DNA of 51,634 bases from Desulfuromonadaceae bacterium UBA2294. GTDB lineage: Bacteria; Desulfobacterota; Desulfuromonadia; Desulfuromonadales; UBA2294. The position numbers and the translations under genes are program-made. Shown here one piece after another: positions 37,480 to 46,462 of the stretch; position 1 is the first letter of the stretch; every line of letters starts with the position of its first letter. Location: positions 1 to 51,634 of the forward strand of contig DDWE01000158.1 in NCBI GenBank assembly GCA_002345625.1, given 5' to 3'. The notes below the pieces were generated by a model. It ran no database searches. It was not told the origin of the DNA and worked only from the letters and a program-made list of their open reading frames with translations.

Positions 37480-38490
37480 ATGCGCACAGACCAATTTTCT
37501 TCACGACAATTCTTCCGCCTCATGGTGATCGGCACCCTTTTCGGTGCATTGTTCGCCTGCGACCGGAAACCGGTGACCGCTGAAACCGGCGATGGAATCG
37601 CTTCACAGCCGGTTAAGGCGAATCATCACCGGGAGTTGAGGCAGGTTTTCAATCAGTACAACTATTCTTGGGATACCCTTAACGAAGGGATCCCGCCCCT
37701 GATTCTCAGCCAGTTCCCCAACGACCTGCACCTGATCCGGTCAACGGAAAGCAAAAAAAGGCTCTTCTTTCTCTCCCTGTTGCCCATGGCGCTGCTCGCC
37801 AACGAAGAGATCAACAGCCAGCGTCGCACCCTGCTCGACATCTTGTCTGAATATGATTCAACCGGTGGGCTTGGACAGGAGCAACTGGCCGAACTGGCAA
37901 AGATTCAGGCGTATTATCGGGTTAAAGACAACCCTTTATCCAACCGACGGGCACGTACCACCCTGCTCCGCCGCGTCGACACAATTCCGCCCGCCATGAT
38001 ACTTGCTCAGGCCGCCAACGAATCGGGCTGGGGAACCTCCCGTTTTGCCCAACGCGCCAACAACCTGTTCGGCGAGTGGACCTTCACTCCTGGGCATGGT
38101 CTGGTCCCGGAAAACCGGCCCGAGGGAGAGACCTATGAAGTGCGCCGGTTCAACTCCCTCTATCAATCGGTCCGATCCTATACCCGCAACATCAATACCC
38201 ACTGGGCCTACCAACCCCTGCGCCAATTGAGGGAAGATCTCCGTAAAGACGGGGAGCAGATCACCGGCCTCATACTGGCTACCGAGCTCGATATGTACTC
38301 AACCCGACGGGAGGATTACACCCGTGAGATTGTCGGCCTGATCCGCAGCAACCGGCTTGAGCAATTGGCGACGGTTCGTTTGCGTACCGATCTGACGCCA
38401 AACAACCGTCCCAAACCCGACGAAGCTCAGGGCGTGGGCCTGCTCAGCAGCCGGGCCTTGCTCAGGGATGCGCCGACCTCACCCCCCTGA
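37480..38490 (+). CDS. Bax/FlgJ-type glucosaminidase-domain lipoprotein
   Basis: ORF trimmed to ATG 37480, because the longer ORF overlaps yjbQ. Signal peptide plus lipobox LFAC. Glucosaminidase motif ILAQAANESGWGTSRFAQRANNLFG. Confidence 0.8.
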   Translation: MRTDQFSSRQFFRLMVIGTLFGALFACDRKPVTAETGDGIASQPVKANHHRELRQVFNQYNYSWDTLNEGIPPLILSQFPNDLHLIRSTESKKRLFFLSLLPMALLANEEINSQRRTLLDILSEYDSTGGLGQEQLAELAKIQAYYRVKDNPLSNRRARTTLLRRVDTIPPAMILAQAANESGWGTSRFAQRANNLFGEWTFTPGHGLVPENRPEGETYEVRRFNSLYQSVRSYTRNINTHWAYQPLRQLREDLRKDGEQITGLILATELDMYSTRREDYTREIVGLIRSNRLEQLATVRLRTDLTPNNRPKPDEAQGVGLLSSRALLRDAPTSPP

Positions 38491-39558
38491 TTGCGGCCTG
38501 AACCAGGGCTGACTGAACCAGGCCCAGCCGCCAGAGCGCAGCGGCACGGTCAACGTGTATTTATTGCGGCGGCCGGTGAGCGGTTTCTCCGCCTGCACGG
38601 TGTACTCCCCCAACCTCCCCGACACCGGGGTAATCACCAACCTGTTATCCCCCTGCACAAACCCCTGCAAACGCTCCAGTTCATAGAGCTGCGGCGAGAG
38701 CCGAATGTTCAGCTGCGGAGCGGTCTCCCCAGGGCCCAGCACCGGATCGACCTCTGACAGCAAAGCAATCTGCAACGGTGCCATGGCCGCTTTGCTCTTA
38801 AAACCGTCCAGGGTGGCAAACCCACCCCCCATGGGGAAACGGGGTAAGGTAAAGCGATCGGCACCATCACCAACCACCCCGGATTGCTGAGCCACCGCCG
38901 CCCTAAACCCGAGTGTCTTCACGATCTTCGCCAGCTCCGGCGAATATTCTCCGTACGGATAGGCAAAGAACTCAGGCTTTGCGCCGGTCTCACGCAAGAT
39001 CGCCTGCTGCGCCCGCACAATATCATCCGTCACCCGTTGCCGCCAGAGATCATGCGTTTCGCCAGGACGTCGTTCCAGCAGGTAATCGTGGGTTGCGGTG
39101 TGATTTCCAAGACGGACACCCTCTTTCATCAACTGGCGGAGTTGATCCCAGCCCAGATAACCCGGAGTTCCGACGGAGTCGGTGTTGACAAAGAGCGTGA
39201 CCGGAAAATGATGGGTCCGCAGCAGCGGCATAGCGTTGAGTAAAAAAGAAGGGAACGCGTCGTCGACGGTCAAGACAACCGCATGCTCAGGCAAGTCGCG
39301 CCCCTGAGCAAGGCAGTCGGCAACGTCGGCCAAGGGCAGAACCGGAATCTTCTGATCGGCCAGGTACTGCAACTGGGCAGAGAAGACTTCGGGTTCGATA
39401 TTGGTTGAAGGGTATCGCGGCTCACCGAAGCGGTGATAGATAAACATATTAACCTGCCCGGCCATTGCAGGAACGGGCAAGGAGAGGGACACAATGACAA
39501 ACAAGACTAAAACAAAAAGAGATGTATGAACTCGAGGAGATAGACAACAACAGATCAT
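38479..39558 (-). CDS. Secreted NodB-homology polysaccharide deacetylase with an extra C-terminal domain
   Basis: ORF trimmed to ATG 39558 (MICCCLSPRVH..., signal-like). The ATG overlaps the upstream TGA. Motifs LTVDDAF and GNHTATH. Confidence 0.8.
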   Translation of the reverse strand: MICCCLSPRVHTSLFVLVLFVIVSLSLPVPAMAGQVNMFIYHRFGEPRYPSTNIEPEVFSAQLQYLADQKIPVLPLADVADCLAQGRDLPEHAVVLTVDDAFPSFLLNAMPLLRTHHFPVTLFVNTDSVGTPGYLGWDQLRQLMKEGVRLGNHTATHDYLLERRPGETHDLWRQRVTDDIVRAQQAILRETGAKPEFFAYPYGEYSPELAKIVKTLGFRAAVAQQSGVVGDGADRFTLPRFPMGGGFATLDGFKSKAAMAPLQIALLSEVDPVLGPGETAPQLNIRLSPQLYELERLQGFVQGDNRLVITPVSGRLGEYTVQAEKPLTGRRNKYTLTVPLRSGGWAWFSQPWFRPQSGG

Positions 39559-40997
39559 GTGGCTTTCACCTTGTCGCGCAGATAGCGCCGGATGGCATTG
39601 CGGGCCCGCGGGGTCACCGCCCATTCAAGCCATTTCGGCAGGACGGTCGGCAGTTTGTCCCGTTCGATTGAGACCTGGTCGCTATCCATCAGACGGGTTT
39701 TGAGAGCCCGGGTGTGGCCATTGATCTGGCAACGGACAGCATGCAGACCCAGCTCGACGTGGATATCGAAGGCAAAATCGAGGGCGCAGCTCCCCTCGGG
39801 GAGGATGCGCGAATCACCGTTGGGGGTATAAACCTGAATCGTACGCGAAGCAAGCCGCAGCGATTCGGCATCGAAAGCCGACTCCCCTTCCAGCAGAGAG
39901 TGCATCAACTCACGGAAATTGGCGCGCCGGAACTCAAAACCTGGCGCCAGCACCCCGGATTCGTTGAACCGGGCCAGTTTACGCGTCGTGATTTCGACCC
40001 GCATCCGCTGCTGGCCGGCCTGCACCGTAGTTTTGATCGACTGGTAACCGAACTGCGACGGAGCATTAAGATGATCGCGCAGCTTTCCGGTAATCGGCGG
40101 GAACAAACCGTGGACCGCCCCCAGGGCCATATAGGCTTCCATGCTGTGACCGACGTGAATTTCAAGGGTGTAGAGGGTCTGCAGGCCACGCCGCATCGAC
40201 TGAGCCGCCGCCAGGCTAAAAGGGCGCCAGCGGTCGCGCAAGGAGAAGGAGATTTTATGGTGCTCAAGACGGGCATTGATCTCCGAGCGGATTTTACGCA
40301 AAAAGGATTCGTGCTCGGCCTGCAGAGCGAGAATATGCTGACGATACCGACCGGATCGTTTTGGGTAGAGGATCGCCAATGACAAGGCTTCAAGCTCAGC
40401 CGCGACAATACCCATTCCCAGGTGGGACGCGAGCGGGACATAGACCGTACGCGTCTCTTCGGCAATCAACATCTGTTTTTCAGGCCGCAGGGAGCCGATG
40501 GTCTGCAAGTTATCGATCCGGTCCCAGAATTTAAGACACAGGACCCGGACATCCTCCACCGCCGCCAGCAACTGTTTGCGGTAGGTCTTCTCCTTGAGCA
40601 GCTCCCGACTCAGGTTGTCGTCCGTCGCCTTGGTCAAGCCATTGACCAGCAAGGCAACATCGGCGCCGAACATCTTTTCGATATCGGCCAGGGCGACCGG
40701 CGTATCCTCAACCACGTCATGCAACAAGGCGGCGATCACCGAGGAGAAATCCATCCAATGGCGCGACGCCAGGTGGGTGACCCGCAGGGGGTGAAAGAAA
40801 TAGGGCTCCCCTGATTTGCGGACCTGCCCGGCATGGGAGGTGCGGCCGAACTCGAGGGCGCGCTGCAACCGATCCATCTCCCGGTCGAGCTCTGTATCGC
40901 TCAGTCCGCCGCCGTAATGAGTGACGAGCAGCTCCAGAATCTCGTTGCCGAGACGCTGCTCATGCCGTTGATCGTATTCTGCCTTCTTAGGTTCCAT
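39555..40997 (-). CDS. Short RelA/SpoT homologue: HD (p)ppGpp-hydrolase domain, degenerate synthetase-like region, TGS domain
   Basis: HPLRV, LLHDVVEDT, DRIDN (HD domain). FGYQSIKT and RVEITTR are remnants of synthetase motifs. TGS domain IQVYTPNGDSRILPEGSCALDFAF. Start is ATG 40997 or TTG 41021. Confidence 0.75.
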   Translation of the reverse strand: MEPKKAEYDQRHEQRLGNEILELLVTHYGGGLSDTELDREMDRLQRALEFGRTSHAGQVRKSGEPYFFHPLRVTHLASRHWMDFSSVIAALLHDVVEDTPVALADIEKMFGADVALLVNGLTKATDDNLSRELLKEKTYRKQLLAAVEDVRVLCLKFWDRIDNLQTIGSLRPEKQMLIAEETRTVYVPLASHLGMGIVAAELEALSLAILYPKRSGRYRQHILALQAEHESFLRKIRSEINARLEHHKISFSLRDRWRPFSLAAAQSMRRGLQTLYTLEIHVGHSMEAYMALGAVHGLFPPITGKLRDHLNAPSQFGYQSIKTTVQAGQQRMRVEITTRKLARFNESGVLAPGFEFRRANFRELMHSLLEGESAFDAESLRLASRTIQVYTPNGDSRILPEGSCALDFAFDIHVELGLHAVRCQINGHTRALKTRLMDSDQVSIERDKLPTVLPKWLEWAVTPRARNAIRRYLRDKVKAT

Positions 40998-41067
40998 ACG
41001 TCTTTGTTGTGCCTGTATCAATAAGAGTGGTCACGTTCGGTACAGATAAAGCGGTCAAAAATCAAGG

Positions 41068-41415
41068 TCAACCCGGTGGCCAGATCAGATCACGCCCACC
41101 AAGAAGGTGAAAATGGATATGCCAGACGACCTGGCCGCCGGCGGCGTTGCAATTGGTGACCACGCGAAAGCCATCTTCGGCAAACCCGAGGTCGTGCGCA
41201 ACTTTCCCCGCCACCTGATAAATATGGCCGACCAGTTCGTTATCGGCAGTGGTCAGATCGAGCACAGTACGGATATGTTTGTGCGGGATAATCAACAGGT
41301 GGTGCGGCGCCTGGGGCTGGATATCCTCGATCACCACCAGTCGATCATCAGAGTAGATGATTTTAGCCGGGATATCACCGGCGGCAATTTTGCAGAACAG
41401 ACAGCTCTCAGACAT
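41068..41415 (-). CDS. HIT-family (histidine triad) nucleotide hydrolase
   Basis: CLFCKI...PQAPHHLLIIPKxH-like region and HIHFHLLGG. GAGGAGG SD. Confidence 0.9.
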   Translation of the reverse strand: MSESCLFCKIAAGDIPAKIIYSDDRLVVIEDIQPQAPHHLLIIPHKHIRTVLDLTTADNELVGHIYQVAGKVAHDLGFAEDGFRVVTNCNAAGGQVVWHIHFHLLGGRDLIWPPG

Positions 41416-41439
41416 AAAACCTCCTCGCTGTAAAAAGGA

Positions 41440-42408
41440 TCAAACGAGATCTGCACCGTTGGGGCAGAGTTCTGGATAATAACAGACATTTGGCGAACAG
41501 TCGCGACCGAAACGCGTCAGATGCGCGGACAAGGCTTTTTTCTGGTAATTATCAAAATCAGGTTCCGTATCGACCAGATCGATAAATTCACAGGCCAAAA
41601 GCACATTGCGCACCTTTTCGGCCGCCGGGGCACCGCGACCGACCAGCTTCAACCCGTCGATCCCGGCTTCACGCAGCGCCGGAAGCGCACAGAGGCCACA
41701 GCCGTGGCGGCGATTACTTTTGGCCCAGGACCCCTGGCGACCGATGGCGGAGGTCAGGGCCGACGAGGCCGCAGCGACCGGATCGATGGCATACGGGATT
41801 TCACAGGGCCAGATACGGTCCGGGCTCGAATGATGGAAGGAACAAAGCCCCTCACAATTGGGGCAGTTGCCGACCAGCAAAAAAGCATCAAACCGCACGC
41901 CGGGCGACGCGGCGATAATCGACGCCATTTCCGCCAGAGGTAAATGACGCGGCAGGACAACCCGGTCGATGCCGGCATCACGGTATTCGGCAACCGCCGC
42001 ACTGTTGACCAGATGGGCCAGAGTGCTGGCGTGCATCTGTAGCCGTGGAAAACGCGGACGCAGCTTGCGCAACAGGCCGAGATCGGCGAGGATCACCCCG
42101 TCAATCCCGGCGGCGCTCGCCTCTTCGACATAATCGAGGAGCAAAGGGATTTGGGCATCGGTGTAATAAGGGGCGTTCAGGGTCAAGCTGAAACGACCGC
42201 CATGGACCCGGACCTGTTCTACGATCGACTGCAGGTCGGCGTAGGAATCGATCTGGGCACCGGCGAAGGTGCGTTGATTGATCGAAGCAAGCAGGCCAAA
42301 GCGTGCCCCCCAGGCCGCCGGAACATAGCCACCGTAGAGTTCGTCGGCCCCGGCGACCAGAAGTTCAGCCACCTCGCCAAGGTGATCGACCGGCGAAATA
42401 ATCCTCAT
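41440..42408 (-). CDS. U32-family (collagenase-like peptidase / hydroxylase family) protein, Cys-rich
   Basis: N-terminal VAGADELYGG. DAFLLVGNCPNCEGLC partly fits the U32 signature as I remember it (E-x-F-x2-G-[SA]-[LIVM]-C-x4-G-x-C). Additional HGCGLC and CSPNVCYYPELC motifs. Confidence 0.65.
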   Translation of the reverse strand: MRIISPVDHLGEVAELLVAGADELYGGYVPAAWGARFGLLASINQRTFAGAQIDSYADLQSIVEQVRVHGGRFSLTLNAPYYTDAQIPLLLDYVEEASAAGIDGVILADLGLLRKLRPRFPRLQMHASTLAHLVNSAAVAEYRDAGIDRVVLPRHLPLAEMASIIAASPGVRFDAFLLVGNCPNCEGLCSFHHSSPDRIWPCEIPYAIDPVAAASSALTSAIGRQGSWAKSNRRHGCGLCALPALREAGIDGLKLVGRGAPAAEKVRNVLLACEFIDLVDTEPDFDNYQKKALSAHLTRFGRDCSPNVCYYPELCPNGADLV

Positions 42409-43175
42409 GCGTCCCCCTCACTGCGGAAACGCCAGATATGGTCGCGCCGGTAATCCCACCAGGCCCCATCGACGGTCGCATCGAGAGTTTTTCCGGCGAC
42501 CACCAGGGTTAAAGCCGGACGACGATCGGGTGCATTCAGGTTGAAAAAATCACGCTCGCCCACGAGCCCGGTTATTGTGTCGAGGGTTCCGTTCACCACC
42601 ACTTCACCCGGCAGACCAAGGCGGTGCAGCAGCACGATCGGCACATTTTCACCGTAACCATCACGCAGCTGGTCGACCAGCTCCGGCAACGGCAGGTTGT
42701 TCATATAGATAAGCAGGGTCACTCCCGGTGCCGCCAGCTGGCGCAAGGTCAGGGCACCATCCACCCCGAGGGTGCGTGGCGAAGCGATAATCGCCCGGTT
42801 GCAGACATCGGGGAGATCAAAGGTCCGTTTGAGATGTGCGGCAGCGGCATTCGCCGTACCGACGCCGGGGACGACGACGGCCCGCTCACCGAGATGATCG
42901 ACCAGGGCCTGAAACGGGGAGTAGAAGGTCAAATCTCCGGGGACAAGAAAGGCGACGTTGCCCAAGTCAAGATGGGCTTTGATCTGTTCGATCAGCTCGG
43001 CAAAATAGAACTCGAAAGGGATCCGAACCTCTTTCCCCTGCAGGTGAGAAGCAAAGGTGACTTCAAACGGCTGCGGCGCGTAGACCAGCGCGCAGTCGGC
43101 GAGCAGTCGGGCCGCCCGCAAGGTCAGCAATTCGGGATCGCCGGGACCGGCACCGAGAAAGTAGACACGATTCAT
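42405..43175 (-). CDS. Tetrapyrrole (corrin/porphyrin) methylase-fold SAM-dependent methyltransferase, divergent
   Basis: VYFLGAGPGDPELLTLRAARLL N-terminus and a mid-protein VVPGVGTANAAAAHL. ATGA overlaps at both ends. Confidence 0.65.
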   Translation of the reverse strand: MNRVYFLGAGPGDPELLTLRAARLLADCALVYAPQPFEVTFASHLQGKEVRIPFEFYFAELIEQIKAHLDLGNVAFLVPGDLTFYSPFQALVDHLGERAVVVPGVGTANAAAAHLKRTFDLPDVCNRAIIASPRTLGVDGALTLRQLAAPGVTLLIYMNNLPLPELVDQLRDGYGENVPIVLLHRLGLPGEVVVNGTLDTITGLVGERDFFNLNAPDRRPALTLVVAGKTLDATVDGAWWDYRRDHIWRFRSEGDA

Positions 43176-43933
43176 ACCTTGACCTCGCGATGCAGGGCGA
43201 TGAGAAATTCACGATTCCCTTTAGGGCCGAGTAGCGGGCTTTCCGTCACGCCCAGCACCCGGCAACCGATCGACTCGGCAAATGCGCGGATGCGCTCGAC
43301 GACCTGCTCGTGTTGTGCTTGATCACGGACCACCCCCCCCTTGCCGACCGCCCCCTTGCCGACCTCAAACTGCGGCTTGATCAGTGCGACAATTTCAGCA
43401 TCCGCACTCAGCAGTGTCAGCGTCGGCGGCAGCACCTTCTCCAAAGAAATAAACGAAGCGTCGATGACCGCCAGAGTCGGTTGTTCCGGCAGAGACTCCG
43501 GGGTCAGATGGCGAATATTGGTCCGTTCCAGGCTGGTGACCCGCTCATCGGCGCGCAGGCGCCAGTCGAGCTGACCATAGCCGACATCGACGGCATAAAC
43601 GTGCCGCGCGCCCCGTTGCAGCAAACAGTCGGTAAAGCCGCCGGTTGAAGCGCCAACGTCAATCGCTATCACTCCGGCGACCGTCACCGGGAAAGCATCC
43701 AACGCCTTGTTCAGCTTCAGTCCACCGCGCGATACAAAAGGGATGTCCTCACCACGCAAGCGGATGTCGGCGGTATCGGTCACCTGCGTCCCGGCCTTGT
43801 CGACGACCTGATCGGCGACCAGCACCCGTCCGGCGAGAATCAGCGCCCGTGCCCGCTCACGCGAGGCGACCAGCCCGCGGCTGACCAGTATTTTATCGAG
43901 GCGTTCTTTCGGCACCGGACGGCTTCTCCTCAT
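43172..43933 (-). CDS. tlyA: TlyA-family rRNA (cytidine-2'-O)-methyltransferase (S4 + FtsJ domains)
   Basis: ORF trimmed to ATG 43933 (MRRSRPVPKERLDKILVSRG...). Motifs FVSRGGLKL and DVGASTGGFTDCLLQRGA. Confidence 0.85.
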   Translation of the reverse strand: MRRSRPVPKERLDKILVSRGLVASRERARALILAGRVLVADQVVDKAGTQVTDTADIRLRGEDIPFVSRGGLKLNKALDAFPVTVAGVIAIDVGASTGGFTDCLLQRGARHVYAVDVGYGQLDWRLRADERVTSLERTNIRHLTPESLPEQPTLAVIDASFISLEKVLPPTLTLLSADAEIVALIKPQFEVGKGAVGKGGVVRDQAQHEQVVERIRAFAESIGCRVLGVTESPLLGPKGNREFLIALHREVKV

Positions 43934-43991
43934 GGGTGAAAAGTCCGGCAAGGTTAGCACAAGGGAGGGAAAACGGGCAACTATCGACGTA

Positions 43992-45530
43992 TCAAAGTTT
44001 ATCCACAAATTCAAACTGAACCGGAATTTTATACGGGGCCAGACGACCGCGCAGGGCAGAGGTCAATTCGACATCGGAGAGGGACACCCCTGAGCGACAA
44101 ACAATCTGGGCGACGACAATTTCACCATACAACCGGTCGGGCAGACCATAAACGCGCACCTGCTCAACTCCATGCAATTCACGCAGAGCGTTTTCGACTT
44201 CGGCCGGATAAACGTTTTGGCCGCCACGAATGATCATGTTACGAAGTCGGCCGGTGATCCGGTAATAACCGGCGGCATCACGTTGGGCGAGATCGCCGGT
44301 GTGCAACCAGCCGTCATTATCCGGGCTCGGCGCAGACTCATCCTTCAGACCATCGTAACCGCTCATGATCATCGGTCCACGTGCCCAAAGCTCACCGCTG
44401 ATCAGGTCGGCACAGTCCGCACCGGAAACCGGATCGACAATCCGCACCTCAACGCCGGGCAGCGGCACTCCGACGGTACTGACCCGCCGCTCAAGGGGGT
44501 CATCAAGCGGGGTCTGAGTGATCAACGGACCGGCCTCGGTCTGACCGTAGGCGATGCTCATATCACGGGCGTGCATCCGCTCGACCACCTGCTGCATCAC
44601 CTCGATCGGACAGGGCGCTCCGGCCATGATGCCGGTGCGAAGGGAGGAGAGATCATAGCGGGAGAAATCGGCCGAATCGAGCATGGCGACAAACATGGTC
44701 GGCACGCCATGCACTGAGGTACAGCCTTCAGCGTCGATAGCCCCCAGCACGCCCTCCGGAGTGAAGCGGGTCAAAGCGACCATGGTCGCTCCATGGGCGA
44801 GGCAGAGCAGGATGCCGAGGGAACAACCAAAGGCATGGAAAAATGGGAGCGGGATGCAGAGTCGGTCTGCGGCGGAAAACCGCAGGTTCTGACCTGCCAG
44901 AGTGCCGTTTAGCAGAATCTGTCGATGGGTCAGCAAGACGCCCTTTGGCTCACCGAGGGCCGCAGAGGTGTACTGGATATTGACCACGTCGTCGACCCGC
45001 ACGGAGTCGGCGATAGCGGCAAGGGTCGCATCCGTCACCGAGTGGCCGCGCTGAATCAGCTCGGCAAACGGCAGCAGCTGATCATCGGTCGCACCTGGGG
45101 TAAAGACAACTGTCGTCTGCAAATCAGGTAAATCGCTGCAGACCGTCGACAGGGCCTCGACATATTCATCCCCCTTCACCCCGCGCCCCATGAGCAGCAC
45201 AGGCGCCCGACAGCACTGCATCTGCCGGCAAAACTCTGCGGCCTGCAGACCGGTATCGAGGGCAACCGTCACCACGCCAATTCGCGCTGCCGCAAGAAAG
45301 GTGAGGACCCATTCCGGGCTGTTCACCCCCCACAAGGCGAGGCGAGCCCCCGGGGCAAGATCCAACGCCAGCAGACCACGTGCGACATCCGTAACCTGCA
45401 GCTCAAGCTGCGACCAGGTCAGGCGCAGAGCATACTCAGGGAAGACCAAGGCCTCCTGCTGTGGCCAGGTGGCGGCGTTGACAGAAAGCTGCGCACCGAT
45501 CGTCTGCACATCAAACAGCTGCTGCGACAT
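43992..45530 (-). CDS. AMP-forming acyl-CoA synthetase / ligase
   Basis: YTSAALGEPKGV (AMP motif), GWLHTGDL, IIRGGQNVYP. GGGAGG SD. Confidence 0.85.
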   Translation of the reverse strand: MSQQLFDVQTIGAQLSVNAATWPQQEALVFPEYALRLTWSQLELQVTDVARGLLALDLAPGARLALWGVNSPEWVLTFLAAARIGVVTVALDTGLQAAEFCRQMQCCRAPVLLMGRGVKGDEYVEALSTVCSDLPDLQTTVVFTPGATDDQLLPFAELIQRGHSVTDATLAAIADSVRVDDVVNIQYTSAALGEPKGVLLTHRQILLNGTLAGQNLRFSAADRLCIPLPFFHAFGCSLGILLCLAHGATMVALTRFTPEGVLGAIDAEGCTSVHGVPTMFVAMLDSADFSRYDLSSLRTGIMAGAPCPIEVMQQVVERMHARDMSIAYGQTEAGPLITQTPLDDPLERRVSTVGVPLPGVEVRIVDPVSGADCADLISGELWARGPMIMSGYDGLKDESAPSPDNDGWLHTGDLAQRDAAGYYRITGRLRNMIIRGGQNVYPAEVENALRELHGVEQVRVYGLPDRLYGEIVVAQIVCRSGVSLSDVELTSALRGRLAPYKIPVQFEFVDKL

Positions 45531-45541
45531 CCCTACCCTCC

Positions 45542-46354
45542 CTAAAGCCAGCGCTTGCGGCGTTTGTACGATTTCAGGTTTTTAAACGCCCGCCGTTCAC
45601 CGCCGCCGCCGAGATAAAACTGCTTGATGTCCTCGTTATTGAGCAACTCTTCGCGGGTCCCGTCCATGACGATCTTACCTGACTCCATGATGTAACCGTA
45701 ATCGGCACAGCGCAGGGCCATATTGGCATTCTGCTCAACAAGCAGCATGGTGATCCCCTGCTCGCGGTTGATGGTGCGGATGATTTCGAACACCTCCTGA
45801 ACCAGCAGCGGCGATAACCCCATGGACGGTTCATCAAGTAGAATCATCTTCGGGCGTGCCATCAATGCACGACCGATGGCGAGCATCTGCTGCTCACCGC
45901 CGGACAAATAACCGGCCATACCGGTGCGCTCCTTCAAGCGGGGAAAGTAGCTGAACACCTGATCCATATCATCGGTCAGATTGCGGGTGCGACGGGTATA
46001 TGCGCCGAGGCGCAGATTCTCGATCACCGTCATGTCTTCAATGATCCGTCGCCCCTCCATGACCTGAAAAATTCCGCGCCGGACGATCTTCTCCGGCTCG
46101 CTGTTGGCGATCTCGTCACCATGATAGGAAATGGATCCACGGGTCACCCGACCATCCTCGCTGCGCAACAGACCGGAGATCGCCTTGAGGGTTGTCGACT
46201 TGCCGGCACCGTTCGGCCCCAAAAGGGTGACAATCGATCCCTGCGGCACCTCGAGGCTGACGCCGCGCAACACCAGGATGACCTCGTCATACACAACTTC
46301 GATGTTGTTGACCACCAAAAGCGGTGGCGCTGCTGACACGGCAGGTTCGGTCAT
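45542..46354 (-). CDS. livF: ABC transporter ATP-binding protein, LivF-like, with a basic C-terminal tail
   Basis: Walker A GPNGAGKST, signature LSGGEQQ, Walker B ILLDEPS, tail KSYKRRKRWL. Start taken at ATG 46354; the ORF-track start is a TTG 2 codons upstream. Confidence 0.9.
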   Translation of the reverse strand: MTEPAVSAAPPLLVVNNIEVVYDEVILVLRGVSLEVPQGSIVTLLGPNGAGKSTTLKAISGLLRSEDGRVTRGSISYHGDEIANSEPEKIVRRGIFQVMEGRRIIEDMTVIENLRLGAYTRRTRNLTDDMDQVFSYFPRLKERTGMAGYLSGGEQQMLAIGRALMARPKMILLDEPSMGLSPLLVQEVFEIIRTINREQGITMLLVEQNANMALRCADYGYIMESGKIVMDGTREELLNNEDIKQFYLGGGGERRAFKNLKSYKRRKRWL

Positions 46355-46393
46355 GCTCAAAGTCCTGTATCAAAAAAATCGTGACGGATAAAG

Positions 46394-46446
46394 GGTGACG
46401 GGCAACAGAAGAGAAGGGTTTTCCCCTTCACCTGTCACCCGTCACC
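46394..46446 (-). other. Long imperfect hairpin between the substrate-binding-protein gene and livF
   Basis: GGTGACGGG...CCCGTCACC outer stem (9 bp perfect), ACAG/CTGT and GAAGGG/CCCTTC inner stems. Lies 17 nt after the SBP stop. Confidence 0.45.
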
Positions 46447-46462
46447 AGTCGTTTCTTTCAGA

